This document shows, piece by piece, positions 55,678 through 64,000 of a stretch of 64,000 nucleotides of DNA (position 1 is the stretch's first letter; each line of letters starts with the position of its first letter). The notes below the pieces were generated by a model. The model saw nothing but the letters and a program-made list of their open reading frames with translations, did not search any database and was not told the DNA's origin. Made by a program: the position numbers and the translations under genes. Origin of the DNA: Gemmatimonadota bacterium (GTDB lineage: Bacteria; Gemmatimonadota; Gemmatimonadetes; Gemmatimonadales; Gemmatimonadaceae); assembly GCA_031127225.1 (NCBI GenBank), contig JARIEV010000001.1, forward strand, positions 4,930 through 68,929, given 5' to 3'.

Positions 55678-57717
55678 ATGAATGAACGAGCACAGCCGGT
55701 GCCCACCGCGTCACCGCACGCCCCCGCGCGGTGGGTGAGGCGTGTCATGGCCGTGACGGTATGCTGCTACGGGGCCGCCGGCGGGACCGCCTGCAGTTCC
55801 CCGGCCGTGGCCGACGGCCCGTCGGACCGCTTACCTGTGGGCTGGCCCGCGTATGCGGGTGATGCGGGATCGCAACGCTACTCGCCGCTGGCGGACCTCA
55901 CGCCGGACAACGTGGCGGCGCTGGCACCCGCCTGGCGCTGGGCCACCGGGGAGGTTGATCATCTCGCTGCGGAAACCGGCGAGCGCGTGCACCCGGGGAA
56001 ATTCGAAGCCACACCGTTGGCGTTTGGCGATACGCTGTACCTGAGTACGCCATTCAACCGGGTTGTCGCGTTGGACGGGCGCACCGGTCGCGCGTTGTGG
56101 ACGTTCGACCCCGGGGCGACGCGCCAAGGGCTCATCGCCGACGACCGGGCGGGGTTCGTGCATCGTGGTGTGGCCTCATGGAACGGCGACGGCCAGCGTC
56201 GCATCCTGATCGCCTCGCGGTGGACGCTGAACGCCCTTGATGCCCGCACCGGACAACCGGTGTCGTCGTTCGGCACGAACGGCGCCGTTGACCTCGCCGC
56301 CGGTCTGCGCTGGGCGGTGAACCGGCAGCAGCTGGGCAGTACGTCGCCACCCGTGGTGTGGAACGACGTCGTGATCGTGGGCAGTGCGGTCGGTGATCGC
56401 ATCATCCATGATCAGGATCCGCCGGGGGACGTGCAGGCGTTCGACGCGCGCACGGGAGCACGGCGGTGGCGCTGGGCGCCGGTGCCGCCGTCGGGCGCGG
56501 CCCGCGAAACGTGGGAGGATGGGTCGGCCTCGCGCACCGGTCACGCCAATGTGTGGGCGCCGTTCTCCGTGGACGCCGACAGCGGGCTGGTCTATCTCCC
56601 CGTCAGTGCCGCGAGCAACGACTACTACGGCGGCCGGCGGCTGGGCGACAATCTCTACACGCAATCGCTGGTCTGTCTCGATGCCGCCACCGGCACGCTG
56701 CGGTGGGCGCGCCAGTTGGTGCATCACGATCTCTGGGATTACGACCCCGCATCACCGCCAGCTCTGGTATCGGTTACGGTGGGTGGCCGCCAGGTCGACG
56801 CCGTGCTGCTGGCGGGCAAGACCGGTTACCTGTACGCGTTCGATCGCTACACCGGTGACCCCGTGTGGCCGATGATCGAACGTGCCGCTGCCGCGAGCGA
56901 TGTCCCCGGCGAGCGCGCTGCCGCCACGCAGCCCCACCCGTCATGGCCGCGTCCGTTCGCGCGGCAAGGATTCGGGGCCGGCGATCTCGTGGCCTTCACC
57001 CCCGCCATCCGCGCGCAGGCCGCCGAGCGGCTGGCGACGGTGCGACACGGTGCCCTGTTCGCACCGCCCTCCACCACGGGCACGATCCAGATGCCCGGCT
57101 GGATCGGCGGGGCGGGGTGGGGGAGCACCGCCATCGATCCCGTGCGGCAGCTTGCCTTCATCAAAGCCACCAACCTGCCGGTGCTGGCGCGGGTGGTGCC
57201 CAGCGGCGATGCGCGGGGCTACGTGACCGACACGGCCGTCACGGATCCGGGGCGGGCGCTCACCATTGCGCTCCCCGATCCGCGCTGGTGGTGGCCCCGG
57301 CAGGCGTCCCCGCTGTCGCTGCCGATCAGCGCACCGCCCTACGGCACCCTCACCGCGGTGGACCTCTCCACCGGCGCGCACCGCTGGCAGATCGTGCTGG
57401 GAGACACGCCCGCCATCCGCCGTCATCCCGCGCTCCGCGCGCTCGATCTGCCCCCACTGGGGGTGGCGGGTGCGCCGGGCGGCGTGGCCACGGCCGGTGG
57501 TCTGCTGTTCATTACCGGTGGGGGCGCCGAGTTGTTCGCCATTGATGCCGCTTCCGGCGCCGTGCGCTGGTCGTCGCCGCTGGGGCAGATGGGCTACAGT
57601 AATCCCATGGTGTTCCGGGCCACCGATGGTCGCACGTACGTGGTGGTGGCCACCGGGGAGGGGGCAGGGGCCGCACTGCAGGCCTTCGCCCTGCCCACCC
57701 CGCTCCGATCGCCCTGA
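55678..57717 (+). CDS. PQQ-dependent dehydrogenase (quinoprotein glucose dehydrogenase-like, no TM domain, probable lipoprotein)
   Basis: W..Y.GD.GSQRYSPL, FEATP, RGVA.W, HHDLWDYD, PPYGTLTAVDL; possible lipobox GTAC. Confidence 0.87.
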   Translation: MNERAQPVPTASPHAPARWVRRVMAVTVCCYGAAGGTACSSPAVADGPSDRLPVGWPAYAGDAGSQRYSPLADLTPDNVAALAPAWRWATGEVDHLAAETGERVHPGKFEATPLAFGDTLYLSTPFNRVVALDGRTGRALWTFDPGATRQGLIADDRAGFVHRGVASWNGDGQRRILIASRWTLNALDARTGQPVSSFGTNGAVDLAAGLRWAVNRQQLGSTSPPVVWNDVVIVGSAVGDRIIHDQDPPGDVQAFDARTGARRWRWAPVPPSGAARETWEDGSASRTGHANVWAPFSVDADSGLVYLPVSAASNDYYGGRRLGDNLYTQSLVCLDAATGTLRWARQLVHHDLWDYDPASPPALVSVTVGGRQVDAVLLAGKTGYLYAFDRYTGDPVWPMIERAAAASDVPGERAAATQPHPSWPRPFARQGFGAGDLVAFTPAIRAQAAERLATVRHGALFAPPSTTGTIQMPGWIGGAGWGSTAIDPVRQLAFIKATNLPVLARVVPSGDARGYVTDTAVTDPGRALTIALPDPRWWWPRQASPLSLPISAPPYGTLTAVDLSTGAHRWQIVLGDTPAIRRHPALRALDLPPLGVAGAPGGVATAGGLLFITGGGAELFAIDAASGAVRWSSPLGQMGYSNPMVFRATDGRTYVVVATGEGAGAALQAFALPTPLRSP

Positions 57718-57731
57718 CGAGGACCTTCCAC

Positions 57732-59702
57732 ATGAACGAGCACAACACTCGGCCCACGCGGGCGCGTCGTCTGGCGGCCGTGGGTCTGCTGGTGATCGGC
57801 GCCGTGCTGGTGGGCGGCGCCGGCGCCGTGGTCGGCCGCCGGTGGCCCATCGAGCGATTGGAACGCCTGTTCCGTGGTGCGCGCGAGCCGGCCACCCCGG
57901 GCTGGACGGTCGTGGCGCGCACGGATCTGCCGCGGTACGAAATGCTCCGGGTGCTCGTGGGGCGCCAGCTGTTCCTGTTCGGCGGGTTCCGCAACGCGCA
58001 GTCGCAGGCCACCGATCGGGTGGAGGCGCTCGACCTTGCGTCGGGGGCGTGGACGGTCAAGCGCCCGATGCCGGTGGCCGTGACGCACACCACGGCGGTG
58101 CTGATTGGTGACACCGTCTGGATCGCGGGGGGATTCGAGGGCGATCACCCCGGGCCGGCCACGGCGCGGGTGTGGCGTTACGCCGTGTCGTCCGACCGCT
58201 GGAGCGAGGGGCCGGCGCTGCCGGCGGCGCGCGGCGGGGGCGCGCTCGTGGCGCGCGGGGACACCCTGCACCTGCTGGGCGGCTACCTGCCGGACCGCCG
58301 CACCGATTCGCCCGATCACTGGATGCTGCGTCCGGGGCAACCGCAGTGGGAGCGCCGCGCGGACCTCCCGTTGCCGCGCGGCCACCTGGCCGTGGTCGCG
58401 CTCGACGGCGCCCTTTATGCCATCGGGGGCACACACGGCCACGACCCGCTGCCGCTCGACGTCGTCACGATGCAGCGCTACGACGCGACGCGCGATGCGT
58501 GGGTGGCGGTCACGGTTATCCCGAAAGCGATCTCGCACGCCGAACCCTCGTCGTTTGCCTACGACGGGCAGCTCATCGTGGCCGGCGGCCGTTCGTTCCC
58601 AACCGGGCGCGAGAACCTCGACGACGTCTACGCCTTCGCCCCGCGCAGCGGACAGTGGACGCATCTGGGGCGCCTGCCCGTGCCCATGCTGGGTGGCGTG
58701 GCCATCGGGTGGCGCGATCAAATCGTGGCGGGGCTGGGCGCACCGCGCTTCAACTGGCCCGAAACGCCGACGCTCTGGACGGCCCCGTTGCGCGATGCGT
58801 GGTGGCCGTCCACACCGATGCCGATCGCGCTCGGTGAGGTGGCGGCGGGCGTCCTCGAGCGCGGATTATACGTGGTGGGCGAGGGGTCGCCGCACACGCT
58901 GCGCTTCGACATCGCGCGCGGCGACTGGAGCATTGTCCCCGATGGCGCGCGTCCCGCGCGCGGGCATCATCACGCGGCCGAAGTGATCGACGGGCGCTGG
59001 TATCTCTTCGGCGGGCTTGGCGGCTTCAGCGAAGGGCGCGTCCAGATCTTCGATCCGTCCACGCGCGCGTGGACGCTCGGTCCCGAGATGCCCTTCGCCG
59101 CCGGCGCGAGCGCCTCGGCGGTGATTGGCGGATCGACGTATGTGGCCGGTGGGATCATGGACGGGCACACCACGCCGCGCATGGCCGCGCTCGATCTGGA
59201 CAGCATGACCTGGCGCGAGCGCGCCCCGATGCCCCGTGCCCGCAACCACGCCGCCTCGGCCACCGACGGGACGCGCCTGTACGTGTTCGGCGGCCGAGGG
59301 CCCGGGAGTGGCGACGGGAATGAGGTGGCCGACGGCTACGGCGACGTGCAGATCTACGATCCCGCCACCGACCGCTGGACCGTGAGCGACGGGACGCCGG
59401 GGAGTCCGTTGCCACTGCCGCAGCCGCGTGGCGGCACCGGCAAGGCCGTGTTCGTGAACGGCGAGTTCTGGGTGCTCGGGGGCGAGACACTGGCCGGTCC
59501 CGGAGCCACGGCCAATGGCGTGTACGCGCGGGTGGATATCTACGACGCCACGCGCAACCGCTGGCGGGCCGGCCCGCCGCTCCTCACCGCCCGCCACGGG
59601 GCATTTCCCGTGGTGCACGAGGGACGTCTGCTCGTGGCCGGCGGTGGCGAGTCGGCCGGCTACGCGGTTACGTCGTCGTTCGAGGTGCTGTGGGCGAGGT
59701 AG
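57732..59702 (+). CDS. Membrane-anchored Kelch-repeat protein (two propellers)
   Basis: N-terminal TM helix; about 12 (L/Y)..GG...YD....W...P repeats. Confidence 0.85.
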   Translation: MNEHNTRPTRARRLAAVGLLVIGAVLVGGAGAVVGRRWPIERLERLFRGAREPATPGWTVVARTDLPRYEMLRVLVGRQLFLFGGFRNAQSQATDRVEALDLASGAWTVKRPMPVAVTHTTAVLIGDTVWIAGGFEGDHPGPATARVWRYAVSSDRWSEGPALPAARGGGALVARGDTLHLLGGYLPDRRTDSPDHWMLRPGQPQWERRADLPLPRGHLAVVALDGALYAIGGTHGHDPLPLDVVTMQRYDATRDAWVAVTVIPKAISHAEPSSFAYDGQLIVAGGRSFPTGRENLDDVYAFAPRSGQWTHLGRLPVPMLGGVAIGWRDQIVAGLGAPRFNWPETPTLWTAPLRDAWWPSTPMPIALGEVAAGVLERGLYVVGEGSPHTLRFDIARGDWSIVPDGARPARGHHHAAEVIDGRWYLFGGLGGFSEGRVQIFDPSTRAWTLGPEMPFAAGASASAVIGGSTYVAGGIMDGHTTPRMAALDLDSMTWRERAPMPRARNHAASATDGTRLYVFGGRGPGSGDGNEVADGYGDVQIYDPATDRWTVSDGTPGSPLPLPQPRGGTGKAVFVNGEFWVLGGETLAGPGATANGVYARVDIYDATRNRWRAGPPLLTARHGAFPVVHEGRLLVAGGGESAGYAVTSSFEVLWAR

Positions 59703-60646
59703 GGGAAGGCGAGCGCATCGGTTTCCCCCACCGGCTCCTCGCGCGCACCAGCTCGTAGTTTCCACAGCGCGGCGCGGGCGCCGTAGGACGACACGAGCAG
59801 TTGGAATTGCGCAAGCAGCATTAGGCACGTCCAGACGCCACGCACGTTCCCTTCACGGAGCTGCTTGCGCGCGGCCGCGCGCAGCCGGCCGCGGTAGCAC
59901 CACGCAAGCTGCATGGCGGCGCGCCGCAGGGCGGCGGCGTACCGTGGCGTGCCGTAAGCGCGGGCGTGCCACCGGAAGGTGGCGAGCGCCTGCGCGGCCA
60001 TGCGTGGTACGTTCGCGGAGACGGCGGTGGGATGCACCCGGTAGCGCAGCACGTGCGCGGGGATACCAGCCAGTGGGCCGGCGGCCGCCACGCGCAGCCA
60101 GAGTTCGAAGTCTTCGGTGGGAACGTGCGCCGGATCGAATCCGCCCAGATGCCGCAGCGCCTCGGCGCGCAGCAGCACGGCGCCGGGGGTTGTGATGGAC
60201 TGCCGCAGCAGGCGTAGCGGTGAGAGCATTTCACCACCGGCGCGGTAGCTGTCGGCGCGCTGTTCGCCGGACTCATCGAATCTCGTCACGCCGCCGGCAA
60301 CGCCGATCCACGCGGGGTGGGCCCGCAGCGCCTCCCGTAACGCGGCCACGCCCTCGTCCACCAGCAGGTCGTCATCGTCCAGGAAGAGCACGAAGCTGCC
60401 ACGCGCCTCCTGCAGGCCGATATTGCGGGCGTGCGCGACACCGGCCTGCGGGAGAACGATCAGGCGGGCTGGCGCACGGACGAGGGCATGCAGCTCCTGC
60501 AGGTATTCCGGGGTGACCCCGTTCGCGACCACCAGCAGTTCGTCCCGCGGGCCCAGGCTGCGCGCCGCCGAGTCGAGCGCCGCCGGCAGGTATCCCCGCG
60601 CGGAGTACGTGGGAATGATGATCGTGAGCGTCGGAGGCAGCGTCAC
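59660..60646 (-). CDS. Glycosyltransferase family 2
   Basis: IIIPTY, G.AHARN.G, FLDDDD, GGFD, EDFELWLR, YRVH. Confidence 0.88.
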   Translation of the reverse strand: MTLPPTLTIIIPTYSARGYLPAALDSAARSLGPRDELLVVANGVTPEYLQELHALVRAPARLIVLPQAGVAHARNIGLQEARGSFVLFLDDDDLLVDEGVAALREALRAHPAWIGVAGGVTRFDESGEQRADSYRAGGEMLSPLRLLRQSITTPGAVLLRAEALRHLGGFDPAHVPTEDFELWLRVAAAGPLAGIPAHVLRYRVHPTAVSANVPRMAAQALATFRWHARAYGTPRYAAALRRAAMQLAWCYRGRLRAAARKQLREGNVRGVWTCLMLLAQFQLLVSSYGARAALWKLRAGAREEPVGETDALAFPYLAHSTSNDDVTA

Positions 60647-60760
60647 CGACCCACCGGTCCCACCCGAGCCGCGCGGTGCCGTGACGCGAACGGCTGCGGT
60701 GCCGTCATATTCATTGGTGAGTTCACTTGGCAGGTTTCACGTTCGTTCCGGTAGAGTGCC

Positions 60761-61399
60761 ATGTCTCAGCGTGCGAAGCAATGGCGGGAGGTGCGGCGGG
60801 TCGTGTCGATGCTGCGCGCCCTGCCATGGTCGGCCCGCGCTGCCGCGATCGGCCGCCTGCTGGAGTGGCCGGGGCGCCGAGGCCGGCGGGTGCGTGAGGC
60901 GCTGGCGGCGCAGCCGGCGCGGCTGGTGATCGTGTGTCACGGCAACATCATGCGGAGCGCCTTCGCGGTGGCGTATCTGCGGCAGCAGGCGCCTGCGCTC
61001 GCCGAGCGCATCGTGGGGGCGGGGACGCACGCCACCGCCGGCCGTGCGGCACAGGACTCAGCGCTGCGGGTGGCCCCGGCATTCGGGGTGTCGCTGGCGG
61101 ACCATGGTGCGCAGCCACTGGAGGCCGTGGGGCTGACCGCGCAGGACGTGGTGGTGTGCATGGACCGGGCCAACGAGGCCAATGTGATTGCCCGGTGGGC
61201 GGCGCTGGCGCCGCGTGTGTTCCTGATCGGCGACCTCGGCGTCGTGCCCGCCGGTGCCGGCCGAGACGTGGTCGACCCCTATGCCCGCGGCGACGAGGCC
61301 ACGCGGGTGGCGTTTGCGCGCATCCAGGGGAACGCGCAGGCGTGGCTGGCGGCGTTGACGCCGCCGCCGGCGGGTGAACAAAGCCCGCCTCGGCGCTGA
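60761..61399 (+). CDS. Low-molecular-weight protein-tyrosine phosphatase (Wzb/ArsC fold)
   Basis: VCHGNIMRS P-loop, GAGT, D.VV.MD, DPY general acid. Confidence 0.85.
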   Translation: MSQRAKQWREVRRVVSMLRALPWSARAAAIGRLLEWPGRRGRRVREALAAQPARLVIVCHGNIMRSAFAVAYLRQQAPALAERIVGAGTHATAGRAAQDSALRVAPAFGVSLADHGAQPLEAVGLTAQDVVVCMDRANEANVIARWAALAPRVFLIGDLGVVPAGAGRDVVDPYARGDEATRVAFARIQGNAQAWLAALTPPPAGEQSPPRR

Positions 61400-61633
61400 G
61401 CCACGACCGTCCCCGGCGCGTGCACCCGGGGGCTGCACCGTCACACTGCTGGCAATAGTCATTTCAGTGTGATTGGCCGCACACCAGAGTGACAGCAGAG
61501 TTTGCCTCGCGCGATGTCCGTCACATGTCAGGCAAAAAATCGTTGTTACGCTCCAGCACGGCTGTCGTCCATTGCACGAGAGCGCCAGCGAAACGATCGG
61601 CCAGCACGGCGGCGTGACGCGAGCGACTCAGGG

Positions 61634-61731
61634 AAACGACAACGGCAAACCCCGGGAAACCGGGCGACGCAAAGCTGCGGGGCTACCGCGATCACACACA
61701 GGTGATCGCCACGCCAGCCGGGCCACCGAAC
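61634..61731 (+). ncRNA. Cyclic di-GMP-I (GEMM) riboswitch
   Basis: GGCAAAC-CCCGG-GAAA-CCGGG-CGACGCAAAGCTGCGGGGCTA...CCAGCCGGGCCACCGAA follows the GEMM consensus; it ends about 25 nt before the ATG, just upstream of the GGAGG RBS. Confidence 0.88.
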
Positions 61732-61755
61732 GCACTTGGCCTGCTGGAGGGCCTT

Positions 61756-63654
61756 ATGCACCCCCGATACGCTTCACTCGTGCTCGCCGCTTTCGTCGCC
61801 ACGCTCACTGCTTGTGGCACCGACAACGCGACCAATGTGCTCCCCGGCGCCGAGCCGGTGGTGAGCGCGCCGGACTACGCCGTGACGCTGGCGGACGGCA
61901 CCATTCAGCTGACCGTGGGCGAGGTCAAGGCGTTCACCGTCAGCGCGCGCGTGAAGAAGAGCCGCACGGTGCGCTGGAGCAGCAGCAACACCACGGTGGC
62001 CACGGTGAGCTCCACCGGCACCGTAACCGCCAAGACCGTTGGCGCGGCCATGATCACCGCCAGTGGCAGCAACGGCGCCGTCGACAATTTCTCCACCGCG
62101 GTGGTGTCCGGCACGGCGACGGTCGCCTCGGTGGCCAAGGTGGCCTCGGTGCTGGTGAGCGTGCCGGCCACGACCATGACGCTTGGTGCGTCGCAGACGG
62201 CGACGGCCACGGCGCGTGACTCCGCCGGCACCGTGCTCACGGGGCGCACGGTCACGTGGAGCGTGTCGGCGGGCACCTCGCTGATGGTGAACGCGAGCGG
62301 CGTCGTGACGGCGCTCGCCGGCGGCACCGAAAGCGTGGTGGCCACGGTGGACGGCGTGAAGGGCGCGCGGGCACTCACGGTGGCGACGGTGACGTCGGTG
62401 GCCGTGTCGCCCAAGACGGGCACGGCCCTTGCGCCGGCTCAGACCCGCCAGTTCACTACGGTGGCGACCTGGTCGGATCAGGTGACGCGCCCGGTGAGCA
62501 TCACCTACACGGCCACGGGAGGCACTATCTCCACGAGCGGACTGTACACGGCTGGGCAGCTGGCCGGCACCTTCCTGGTGATTGCGAACTGCGCGTGTGG
62601 TCGGGCGGACACGGCGGCGGTGTCGATCGTGTTGCCGGCGCAGTTGACCACCCTCAGCATCAGCCCGAAGATCGCCACGGTGAATGCCGGCGCGACGCAG
62701 CAGTTCAGCGCGGTGGCCAACTGGAGCACCGGCGCAACGACGCTGCCGCCGATCACCTACAGTGCAACGGGCGGTGTGGTGAGCACCACTGGCCTCTGGA
62801 CGGCCCCGAGCACGGCTGGCACGTACAAGGTGATCGTGGCGCACACGGGTGGCACGCTGAAGGATACGGCGTCGGTGACGGTGCAGGCTGCGACGACGTC
62901 GGCTACTAGCGCAGCCACCGTCGTCTTCGCGGACAATTTTGAGTCCGGATCATTCGCGACCTCGCAGAATGGCGTTCGTTGGACGGCCAACACATGGGTT
63001 GATGCGTCTGGCGCGATCGCTCGCAGCGGGACGACCTCCGCGCGGTTTCGTCAGGGCGACGCCAAAACATGGACCGAATTGAGGTTCGGTGGCTTGTCGG
63101 ACCTTGCGGAGGTGTATCTCCAGTATTGGATGTACCAGCCAAACGGCGCCGAAAGCCCGTCGGTTGGCACAGACGTTCAAGTGCCGGTAGGTACGTCGAA
63201 CGACAAGTTCTTCCGCCTGTGGGGTGGTAGCTACGATGGCGCCAACAACATCAAGTATGGCGCCAGCACCTGGGCCGGAAAACTTGGCATCGAGTACAAG
63301 CGCAACGGCCTGGACGGCACAATGTGGGGTATGGGAGAAGGTGGTCCGCTCATTGCGCCCGACGTCAAAGCCTACAACCCACTGATCGGGAACCCGGCTT
63401 ACAAGGGTCGTTGGGTCAAGGTGCAGATCCGCGCGAAAACGGCAGACGCGGGCGTGGACAACGGCATTATTCAGATCTGGATCGACAATGCGCTGGTTCA
63501 GAACCGGCAGAAGCTGCGCTCATTCGCGGCCGGGACTGGTGCGAATCGGTTTCAATCAGGATACTTGTTCGGTTGGGCCAACAACGGTTTCCCCGCGGGT
63601 CAGTATATCTATGTTGATGACTTTACGATCTCGACTGGTGGATTCCCGCAGTAG
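61756..63654 (+). CDS. Surface lipoprotein: about 4 Ig-like domains plus a C-terminal beta-sandwich (polysaccharide lyase/LamG-like) domain
   Basis: Lipobox LTAC; Big_2 repeats; C-domain VFADNFESG...YLQYW.Y...NDKFFRLW...GRW...NG.IQIWID...YVDDF. Confidence 0.8.
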   Translation: MHPRYASLVLAAFVATLTACGTDNATNVLPGAEPVVSAPDYAVTLADGTIQLTVGEVKAFTVSARVKKSRTVRWSSSNTTVATVSSTGTVTAKTVGAAMITASGSNGAVDNFSTAVVSGTATVASVAKVASVLVSVPATTMTLGASQTATATARDSAGTVLTGRTVTWSVSAGTSLMVNASGVVTALAGGTESVVATVDGVKGARALTVATVTSVAVSPKTGTALAPAQTRQFTTVATWSDQVTRPVSITYTATGGTISTSGLYTAGQLAGTFLVIANCACGRADTAAVSIVLPAQLTTLSISPKIATVNAGATQQFSAVANWSTGATTLPPITYSATGGVVSTTGLWTAPSTAGTYKVIVAHTGGTLKDTASVTVQAATTSATSAATVVFADNFESGSFATSQNGVRWTANTWVDASGAIARSGTTSARFRQGDAKTWTELRFGGLSDLAEVYLQYWMYQPNGAESPSVGTDVQVPVGTSNDKFFRLWGGSYDGANNIKYGASTWAGKLGIEYKRNGLDGTMWGMGEGGPLIAPDVKAYNPLIGNPAYKGRWVKVQIRAKTADAGVDNGIIQIWIDNALVQNRQKLRSFAAGTGANRFQSGYLFGWANNGFPAGQYIYVDDFTISTGGFPQ

Positions 63655-63673
63655 GCGCCGGCCGCCCTTGTTC

Positions 63674-63704
63674 TCGAACGACACGCCCACAGCGTGTCGT
63701 TCGA
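63674..63704 (+). terminator. Perfect 13-bp hairpin after the Ig-like lipoprotein gene
   Basis: TCGAACGACACGC-CCACA-GCGTGTCGTTCGA. Confidence 0.65.
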
Positions 63705-63764
63705 CATTCTGGGTTACGCGTGTTTCGCCTCTGCAGCAGGCCTTCGGTTGAGGTGACATCCGAG

Positions 63765-64000
63765 ATGATTACTCACGACCCGGGATCGGGCGGCACCGAG
63801 CAGCGAGCCAGCATGGCCATCGTCATGCCGACGTTCAATCGCATGCTTCAAACACTCGCATGCGCCGAGGCCGCCTACGCGGCAGTCTGCGCAATGTCAG
63901 GGGCTCAGCTCGTGATCGTCGACAATGGCTCGACAGACGGCACATGGGAAGCTTTGCGCGCACGGTTTGACTCGCATGCCACACTGGTGCGTGCGCCTAC
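63765..64000 (+). CDS. Glycosyltransferase family 2, 5' part (runs off the window)
   Basis: GAGG RBS; IVMPTFNR, IVDNGSTDGT. Confidence 0.85.
   Translation, partial: MITHDPGSGGTEQRASMAIVMPTFNRMLQTLACAEAAYAAVCAMSGAQLVIVDNGSTDGTWEALRARFDSHATLVRAP

Overview
High-GC bacterial chromosomal window. Gene content and style suggest Gemmatimonadota (Gemmatimonas-like); this is an inference and was not verified by a search. About 50 genes are present. In order: the 3' part of a caa3-type cytochrome c oxidase operon; a NagX-like membrane protein; dacB; two tandem paralogous surface lipoproteins (Ig-like stalk plus 14-blade double beta-propeller); a cNMP-domain/aspartase fusion divergent from a Tat-exported Ntn-asparaginase; leuS; three efflux systems (RND, an ECF-sigma-led TolC/MFP/MacB-type operon with no ATPase gene, and EmrAB-TolC); kup; ppi-nth-polX; several hydrolases; and the start of a probable surface-glycan locus with a c-di-GMP-I riboswitch in front of an Ig-like lipoprotein. 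The most unusual part is 47.5-53 kb, which is strewn with internally deleted gene remnants. It contains three different type II antitoxins in tandem (MqsA-like, XRE/HTH_37, HigA). For at least two, the cognate toxin is reduced to a fused N-/C-terminal stub while a sigma70-like promoter with a palindromic operator is retained; the middle module is bracketed by a 47-bp direct repeat. A family of heptamer-based intergenic repeats and hairpins is also dispersed across the window. No rRNA, tRNA, CRISPR array, integrase or transposase was recognised.
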